Source of the DNA: Candidatus Kapaibacterium sp.
Lineage (GTDB): Bacteria > Bacteroidota > Ignavibacteria > Kapaibacteriales > Kapaibacteriaceae
Direction: 5' to 3'
NCBI GenBank assembly: GCA_022842685.1
Contig: JALHPC010000001.1
Coordinates: forward strand, 10,905 to 74,904
DNA length: 64,000 nucleotides
Shown here: one piece after another, positions 57,788 to 64,000 of the stretch
Layout: each line of letters opens with the position of its first letter
How positions within the stretch are numbered: the first letter of the stretch is position 1
Notes under the pieces: model-generated
The model's database searches: none
Seen by the model: only the letters and a program-made list of their open reading frames with translations
Told to the model about the DNA's origin: nothing
Made by a program: the position numbers and the translations under genes

Positions 57788-59794
57788 CTACCGAACAACC
57801 ACCATTGCTCGACCACTACCTGCAACAACGGCATACACCCCTGGCGTCCAGCCGGAAAGGTCGACACTAATGACGTCGCCCATTGTTCCTTGCCACATGC
57901 GTCGTCCCATGACATCGACAACGGCAACATCAACGACGCCCTCGGCACTGCCTCGGTCGATGGTAAACGTGTTCGACGCAGGATTGGGATATACGGCAAC
58001 ACGTTCGGTTGATCGCGGCGCTTCCTGCACGCTGAGTGCTATAGGGTTGTACTTTAACCACCACCGTTCCCACGTGTCGGAACACCAGTGCGAAAGCACC
58101 TCCATGGTATCACCTAATGGACGCACCACAAGGCAATCGCCTTCCATGAGCTCGGCCGTGGTAAGCGTCTCGCCACCGCCATCACGATTAAACACAAAGA
58201 CGGCCACAGCGTCGTGCGTCGACACAATGCGATTGCCCGTTGTAGGCGGCGTCTTAAGGTTGTTCAGACGATCGCTCACGGCCTGCGGCGAACCTCCAGA
58301 GGCCCACTGCGATGCCTTTTCGTGGCGTCCAACCATGAGGTCAAGCGTTTCCCAACAACGGCATACGGGGCTCGACAAGGCTTCACCTTGTGGTACGCCA
58401 AGCGCCCGCTGATGTGCACCGATACTGACGCTTTGCTCACGCCCCTCTGTAATCAGATTCCGGCCGGGAAAACACTCTGGCGATGGGCCTGGATCGCGCT
58501 GGTCCCAGTCCGTCTTGGCATGTCGGAACATGAAGACAAGCTTTCCCTGACGCATCTCATCCATGAGTTCCAGCTGCGGAACCCGTCCGGCACGCTGCGC
58601 CTCGTAAGCGCCTAGGTCGATCTTGCGTCCCACCAAACGGGGATTACCCAAAATGTCCTGCTGACGATGGTTGACGAACTTGTCGATGAAACCACCATCG
58701 CGAGCAATTGAGCTTGGCCCCGGGCGAAGTCCGTCGTCGTCGGTGCCAAAGTAGCCGTCCCACCCTGTTGGTACATCCGGATTTTCGAACAACGGATCAA
58801 ACTGCCAGAAGCCTAGTTCGGTGTCGTTCTCGATGAGGTTCGCCGAAGCCGTAATCTTCATTGTGTCGCCACTCGGACTAAGCTTGCGGACGTGTGCCGC
58901 CGTGTCCTCTACACCGTTCCATATGATGGTATTCTGGATGTATCCCCCTTGCAAGGCCATGGCCCTGCCGCCAGCTCCCCCGACCGACCCAACTTCGTTT
59001 CGTGAAAACGTGCAGTTGTTCACGTAGAGGTACGTTTCCAGCGATGCCACAGCACCACCGGTCTGCGCGGCCTCGTTCGATGCAAACACACTCGAAACTA
59101 CTTGCGGCGTACCGGCACAACGCTCAACACAGAGTGCACCACCTTGCTGCGATTGATTGCCAACAAAGAAACTCTGGCCAATGAATGGGCCAAAGCCCTT
59201 CGCATCGGTTGTCGACTCCGTGATGTAGATTGCCCCACCCGACTCCATGGCGCGATTACCCTCAAAGACGCAGTATTCGATCCGTAGGCGGCTTACGCCT
59301 TGCGCACGAATGGCTCCACCGCGCACAGTCCCAACGCCGTTGTTTCTAAAGTGATTGTTGAAGAGTCGCGGAGCTCCACCATTGATGCGCAACGCTGACT
59401 CAGTCGCATTGTGAAATTGCACTCCATCGATTCGCGACGACGAATCGCAATTCTCCATGGTCATGATCACGTTCAGTTCGACAGCTTCAAGGATCGTCCT
59501 CTCTCGAAGCCAATCGCGAAGCTCGCGCGCCTTTTCGACCGCCGAGAACCCGCCATAGACCCGAACGCCATTCGTGAATGCTATGGGCGCTTGCTCAACG
59601 CGATAGACGCCCTTTGCCATCCATATCTCGTCGCCCGACACAGCCGTCTCAAAAGCCACTCGGAACAGCATTGGGTCCGACCACGATGTACCCATGCCAC
59701 CAACCTTTGCATCTGGCGCAACAAAGAGCGTGTCGGCACTTGCGGCCATCGCAAATGCGCAAGCACTCACAATACATGATATCAACAGTTTCAT
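57788..59794 (-). CDS. Secreted fusion protein: right-handed beta-helix + histidine-phosphatase (SixA/PGAM-like) domain + T9SS C-terminal domain
   Basis: ATG 59794 (MKLLISCIVSACAFAMAASA signal). aa ~20-400: beta-helix repeats (GGAIRAQG, SGGAIYIT, QGGALCVE, TGGAVASL ... IDLGAYE). aa ~417-575: LVFMFRHAKTDW...RNLITEGREQ...LSSPVCRCWETL...IVSTHDAV (RHxxT and SxH motifs). aa ~596-668: VAVYPNPASNTFTI...PGVYAVV. Confidence 0.75.
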   Translation of the reverse strand: MKLLISCIVSACAFAMAASADTLFVAPDAKVGGMGTSWSDPMLFRVAFETAVSGDEIWMAKGVYRVEQAPIAFTNGVRVYGGFSAVEKARELRDWLRERTILEAVELNVIMTMENCDSSSRIDGVQFHNATESALRINGGAPRLFNNHFRNNGVGTVRGGAIRAQGVSRLRIEYCVFEGNRAMESGGAIYITESTTDAKGFGPFIGQSFFVGNQSQQGGALCVERCAGTPQVVSSVFASNEAAQTGGAVASLETYLYVNNCTFSRNEVGSVGGAGGRAMALQGGYIQNTIIWNGVEDTAAHVRKLSPSGDTMKITASANLIENDTELGFWQFDPLFENPDVPTGWDGYFGTDDDGLRPGPSSIARDGGFIDKFVNHRQQDILGNPRLVGRKIDLGAYEAQRAGRVPQLELMDEMRQGKLVFMFRHAKTDWDQRDPGPSPECFPGRNLITEGREQSVSIGAHQRALGVPQGEALSSPVCRCWETLDLMVGRHEKASQWASGGSPQAVSDRLNNLKTPPTTGNRIVSTHDAVAVFVFNRDGGGETLTTAELMEGDCLVVRPLGDTMEVLSHWCSDTWERWWLKYNPIALSVQEAPRSTERVAVYPNPASNTFTIDRGSAEGVVDVAVVDVMGRRMWQGTMGDVISVDLSGWTPGVYAVVAGSGRAMVVVR

Positions 59795-59855
59795 AACAGT
59801 CTCGTTACAATGATTTGTCGCCCTCGAACTTACGCACAATGCAGCCCACGTTGTG

Positions 59856-61985
59856 CTAACGTTGTTCTCGCTGGCTGTTCCGCTTGGCGGACGATATGAA
59901 TGCAACACCACTATTTGATACCAAAACGGATCTGATGCATTGTCGATACACGAACATGTACAAGCCCGCGGGGAGATCTTGTGCTTCTGCTTCAGACGTG
60001 ACGTGCGTTGCAACAACTCGCCCAGCCAGATCAACAATTGCATGCAAGTGTCCGCAATGCTCTTGTTCGGTGGCAGGCTCATTGGTCTGCACAGACAATC
60101 CAGCGGCAACAAATTGATAGACGCCTGTGGTGGTAGACACCACGATGTGCGAGCCGTTCACGGCCACGGCCATGGGGACGGCGTCGACTGGCAATGGCGT
60201 CGCCATTACCCGCCACAACACGCCGTTCGTGCTCCAAAGCACCACCGGCTGCCCGCTTACAAGCCCTGCACTCCACAATCTTCCATCCACAAACACAGGG
60301 CGCACCATCTCTTGCGCCGCCAATGGAACTGGCACCCACGTTTGACCGATGTCATTACTCAAGCGCAGTCCGTTTCCAACGTGTATGAGCATTCCGCTTG
60401 GCGTAGAACAGGCCCAGCGGTAGACTGACCGGTCGCGACCACGATGAACTTCGCGTAGCGACGTAACCTCGCGTTCGCCAGCAAACACGGTCACATGTAA
60501 CACGTTGTCCTCGCTCGTAAGCCCTGGGTCAATCGTCATAGCCCAAGCCGTGTCGCCAACCAAAACGGCGTCGGCAAAGGGCATGCCCCTCATCGAACCA
60601 ACAACTTGCCACGTGGCTTCTCCCCTCGGGCGTCGCAGTACTCGCATAGTCGACACCGCAACGTCGGCATCCTGACCTGCTCCAGCAGCAAGCGCCACCT
60701 CGCCTCCCGCACCAGATACGCCACCTTGTGGCACAACAACACTATCCCCGTTTTCAATTGTTGCCAGGTGAGGCACTGCTAGCCACGTTTCAGAGGAACT
60801 CGTCACAGAGCCGTATCCAACGACTCGTGCAGATTCATTGCCATCAAACGGAATCACGTCGTAATCGTTGAGCTCCGTTGGAATCCACCGCACGAGCGCT
60901 CGCTTGGTTTGTCCGGCACGCCACACAATGTGATCACCAACCCAAGCACGTTGCCCCGCCTGCCGAAGCATCGCGAACGATGCATCGGTAAGAGCAGGTC
61001 CGAGACTCTGGAAACTCGTTGTGAACGGACTTGCATCCCCCATCACTGGATAACGACCGTCGGCAGTTATCACCAGCGTATCAGCTATCAATGCCAAGTC
61101 CACACTGCCGCCACGCCCGCCGGCCGTCTCCCACTGACGACTGCGAGGCACCCAGCGATACAAACGGTCGCGATACGACATGAGCCACTCGCCAAATGCG
61201 TACACGACATGAGACGGCTCGATGCACATGGCGGCATCTATCTCACGCGGCAGTGTAAGCACCTCGCCAGCAGAGGAATCCCCAACAAGCAACCCATCAA
61301 CCACTAGAATGGCGGTATTCCTCCCAGTAAGTCCATCCACATCATATGCTCTGCGCATGTGCGCCTGCCCGCGCAGTGTCGACCATTGTTGCTGGCTTTC
61401 AAGATCCCACACTGCCACTACACCCAACGGCTCTTCACTCGATGTTACCCCAATCAACAGCGTATCGCCGTTCGACGCCCCTTTCAGCACAGCACCAGGC
61501 GGGAATGGTGTAGAAAATCGGCTTACACCACCATCTGAGGGGTTGATAACGACTACGTTCGACAACGCCGGATCTGCCCTTTCTCGACACACGATTCCAC
61601 CTGGATGTACGGCAATCAACTCTGCTACCGTGGCGTCCAATTGAATTCGCAGCTCCCACCGCATACCCCAATCTGTGGTTCGCATGATGCCCCGCTGCGG
61701 CTGCGTAGCCGTGCCATACGTACATAGCACATCAATCGTATCACCGTTTATGCCCACAACGTCGAGGTCGCGCTGAAAAGGGGCAATGGTGCAATGTCGC
61801 CAGGTCGACGCAAGCGAGGGGGCCACAAAGACGTTGCGTTGGGTTACAAGCACCGCGCCATACGGCGACGACATCGCCCAGCGCATCGAGCCCACGTACT
61901 GGGGAATGGGAAGGCGCTGAAACTGTGCCGTAGCGGCGACACACGACACGGCAAGCAGCGCAACAATGTAAAGCAGCGATTTCAT
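59856..61985 (-). CDS. Secreted beta-propeller-like protein (weak BNR/Asp-box motifs)
   Basis: ATG 61985 gives the signal peptide MKSLLYIVALLAVSCVAATAQ. TTDWGMRW and SNDIGQTW are Asp-box-like. Tail ...VDLAGRVVATHV...LPAGLYMFVY is CTD-like but extended. Confidence 0.65.
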   Translation of the reverse strand: MKSLLYIVALLAVSCVAATAQFQRLPIPQYVGSMRWAMSSPYGAVLVTQRNVFVAPSLASTWRHCTIAPFQRDLDVVGINGDTIDVLCTYGTATQPQRGIMRTTDWGMRWELRIQLDATVAELIAVHPGGIVCRERADPALSNVVVINPSDGGVSRFSTPFPPGAVLKGASNGDTLLIGVTSSEEPLGVVAVWDLESQQQWSTLRGQAHMRRAYDVDGLTGRNTAILVVDGLLVGDSSAGEVLTLPREIDAAMCIEPSHVVYAFGEWLMSYRDRLYRWVPRSRQWETAGGRGGSVDLALIADTLVITADGRYPVMGDASPFTTSFQSLGPALTDASFAMLRQAGQRAWVGDHIVWRAGQTKRALVRWIPTELNDYDVIPFDGNESARVVGYGSVTSSSETWLAVPHLATIENGDSVVVPQGGVSGAGGEVALAAGAGQDADVAVSTMRVLRRPRGEATWQVVGSMRGMPFADAVLVGDTAWAMTIDPGLTSEDNVLHVTVFAGEREVTSLREVHRGRDRSVYRWACSTPSGMLIHVGNGLRLSNDIGQTWVPVPLAAQEMVRPVFVDGRLWSAGLVSGQPVVLWSTNGVLWRVMATPLPVDAVPMAVAVNGSHIVVSTTTGVYQFVAAGLSVQTNEPATEQEHCGHLHAIVDLAGRVVATHVTSEAEAQDLPAGLYMFVYRQCIRSVLVSNSGVAFISSAKRNSQREQR

Positions 61986-62021
61986 AGTCTGTCCACGTAG
62001 ATGTGCAAGTGGTACTACCCT

Positions 62022-62058
62022 TGTAACGAAAGAAGGCCGTCCCATGGGAACGGCCTTC
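62022..62058 (-). terminator. Rho-independent terminator after rpoC
   Basis: Near-perfect palindrome GAAGGCCGT-CCCATGGGA-ACGGCCTTC (62032-62058), followed on the minus strand by TTTCGTTAC. Lies 27 nt after the rpoC stop. Confidence 0.75.
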
Positions 62059-62084
62059 AACTGAACATCACATACGATCGATGG

Positions 62085-64000
62085 TTACGCTACAGGAGCA
62101 GGGCGCTTACGCGCTGGTCTCTTTGTAGAGGTTTCGTCTTCGGGAGTTGCCGTTGGCAAGATGGCGTCCGAACCGAAGATGTTACCAACATCCGAGGCAA
62201 CCAGAAGCTCTTGATACACGCGCAAGCCTGTACCAGCAGGGATGAGCTGGCCGAGAATGATATTCTCCTTGAGACCCAAGAGGCGGTCGGCCTTGGCAGC
62301 AGCCGAAGCATCTGCCAGAACGCGCGTTGTTTCTTGGAACGAAGCGGCCGACAGCCACGACTCTGTCGTGAGCGAGGCCTGAGTGATTCCCAGCAACAAC
62401 GGCTCGCCAATGGCCGGATCGGCGTTCCGGCTCTTCACTGTTGCCTTTTCCTTCTTCTTCAGGTCGGCATTCAGTTCACGTAGCGCCTTCTTCTCAATAA
62501 GCTGGCCAATCTTCAGCTTGGAGTCACCCTTATCGGTAACAACGACGCAGCTCTTGATGAAGTCGTTCTCGTCGTTAAACCGCAGACGGTCAATCTGGTC
62601 GCCCTCGAGGAATTGCGAGTCGCCAGACTCTGTCACGCGCACCTTCTGCAACATCTGACGCACGATAACTTCGATGTGCTTGTCGTTAATCTTCACACCT
62701 TGCATACGATAAACTTCCTGGATTTCATTTACCAGGTAGCCCTGTACTTCGTTAATGCCCTTGATGTGCAAAATGTCGTGCGGATTGATTGCGCCTTCGG
62801 TCAAACGATCGCCAGCGCGCACCAAGTCGCCGTCCTGAACAAGCACGTGACGTCCAATCGGCACTGAATACTCGCGGCGCAGCTCGTTGTCGAGCGACGT
62901 TACAACGATATTGCGCGAGCCGCGCTTTGGCTTTTCGATCGAAACAATACCATCAATCTCAGTCACTGCGGCAGGTGCCTGTGGCGCACGAGCTTCGAAC
63001 AGCTCAGTAACGCGAGGCAGACCACCCGTGATGTCACGAAGACGTCCAAGATCGCGAGGCATCTTCACAAGCTTCGAACCTACGCTAACCAGTTCGCCGT
63101 CGTCAACTACGATTTGACAACGCGTAGGAATGATGTAGGACTGAATAAGTACACCATCCTCGTCAACGATTTCAATCGCTGGGCTCTTTGTCCGATCACG
63201 CGAATCGATAACGATCTTAGTGGTGTGACCCGTTTGCTCGTCAATTGCCTCCTTATAGGTGAGGTTTTGCACGAGATCGCGGTAGCGAACGCGTCCCGAC
63301 TTCTCAGTAATGATAACCGAGTTGTACGGATCCCAATCATACAGGATGTCGCCCTTCGATACCAGCTGTCCTTCTTTCACCTTCAGCTCGGCACCGTATA
63401 CAGCGTCGTACTTCGTTAGGGGGCGTCGTGACTCTGGTTCGAGGATATTGATGACGCCGGCACGCGACACAACGATGCTGATTTCTTCGGCGTCGCCTTC
63501 GTACGTTACGTAACGCACATTGTCAAACTGAATGATACCGTCGAACTTCGCTTGCGCGATGCTTGCTGACGTCGACAACGACGCGGTGCCCCCTGTGTGG
63601 AAGGTACGGAGTGTAAGCTGCGTACCGGGCTCACCGATCGACTGCGACGCAATGGTTCCAACGGCTTCGCCGGTGTCGACGATTTGTCCTGTAGCCATAT
63701 TCCGGCCGTAGCACTTTGCGCACACGCCTCGGCGAGATTCGCACGTAAGCACGGAACGAATCACAACGGCTTCCACTGAGGAAGCCTCGATGGCCTCACC
63801 AATTTCTTCGGTGATGAGTTCGCCCTTGCGCAGCAACAACTCGTTCGTAATTGGGTCGGTAACTTCAACAAGCGATACACGACCAAGGATGCGCTCGAAT
63901 AGCGATTCCTTTACTTCTTCGCCATCCTTCAGTGCGCGCATCTCGACGCCACGGATCGTTCCGCAGTCATCATCAGAGATCACAACGTCCTGAGCAACGT
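62085..64000 (-). CDS. rpoC: DNA-directed RNA polymerase subunit beta', C-terminal ~638 codons (gene continues past the right edge)
   Basis: ...CAKCYGRNMATGQIVDTGEAVGTIASQSIGEPGTQLTLRTFHTGG... The frame stays open to nt 64000. The track shows only the part from an internal Met (63983). Confidence 0.97.
   Translation of the reverse strand, partial: VAQDVVISDDDCGTIRGVEMRALKDGEEVKESLFERILGRVSLVEVTDPITNELLLRKGELITEEIGEAIEASSVEAVVIRSVLTCESRRGVCAKCYGRNMATGQIVDTGEAVGTIASQSIGEPGTQLTLRTFHTGGTASLSTSASIAQAKFDGIIQFDNVRYVTYEGDAEEISIVVSRAGVINILEPESRRPLTKYDAVYGAELKVKEGQLVSKGDILYDWDPYNSVIITEKSGRVRYRDLVQNLTYKEAIDEQTGHTTKIVIDSRDRTKSPAIEIVDEDGVLIQSYIIPTRCQIVVDDGELVSVGSKLVKMPRDLGRLRDITGGLPRVTELFEARAPQAPAAVTEIDGIVSIEKPKRGSRNIVVTSLDNELRREYSVPIGRHVLVQDGDLVRAGDRLTEGAINPHDILHIKGINEVQGYLVNEIQEVYRMQGVKINDKHIEVIVRQMLQKVRVTESGDSQFLEGDQIDRLRFNDENDFIKSCVVVTDKGDSKLKIGQLIEKKALRELNADLKKKEKATVKSRNADPAIGEPLLLGITQASLTTESWLSAASFQETTRVLADASAAAKADRLLGLKENIILGQLIPAGTGLRVYQELLVASDVGNIFGSDAILPTATPEDETSTKRPARKRPAPVA

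Noticed and set aside
57213-58412. 399-aa plus-strand ORF spanning the DAACS / beta-helix gene junction
   Set aside because: It is antisense to two well-supported genes. Its composition is Ser/Thr/Pro/Arg-rich low complexity, with no start context or promoter box.

Overview
This 64-kb chromosomal window is roughly 58-60% GC by eye. It appears to come from an FCB-group bacterium (Bacteroidota/Ignavibacteriota/Rhodothermota-like). The evidence for that is TTTG-N17-20-TAnnTTTG promoter boxes, a zinc-free L36, secY-map-infA order without adk, and many secreted proteins ending in T9SS/FlgD-Ig-like sorting domains. Almost all genes are on the minus strand. Reading right to left, the window contains the following. 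(1) The 3' end of rpoC with its terminator. (2) A ~16-kb accessory wedge: two BNR/beta-propeller cargo proteins, a beta-helix/histidine-phosphatase fusion, DAACS and MFS transporters, a second mitochondrial-type EF-G, GluQRS, an Ig-like cargo protein and a 507-aa unknown protein. (3) The str operon rpsL-rpsG-fusA-tuf. (4) The complete S10-spc-alpha ribosomal cluster from rpsJ to rplQ, including secY, map, infA and rpmJ, but without rpsD. (5) engB-purE. (6) An arginine operon (GNAT-argG-argC-argD-argF'-argB and argE-argH) chained by 4-nt start/stop overlaps, but split by a ~4-kb low-GC insert carrying a class-II Fic protein and an orphan 764-aa secreted propeller-like protein. (7) A PAP2 phosphatase, secreted proteins, fRMsr, a 99-bp 13/12-mer tandem array, tRNA-Arg, rpsT, murQ, a thioredoxin-like gene, a DedA gene, tRNA-Leu, a CRTAC1-like FG-GAP protein and a partial GEVED/CARDB surface protein. 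No rRNA, CRISPR, transposase or integrase was seen. All family calls come from motif recognition by eye; no database search was run. The ORF track writes GTG and TTG starts as M, so start codons were checked against the nucleotide sequence where stated.
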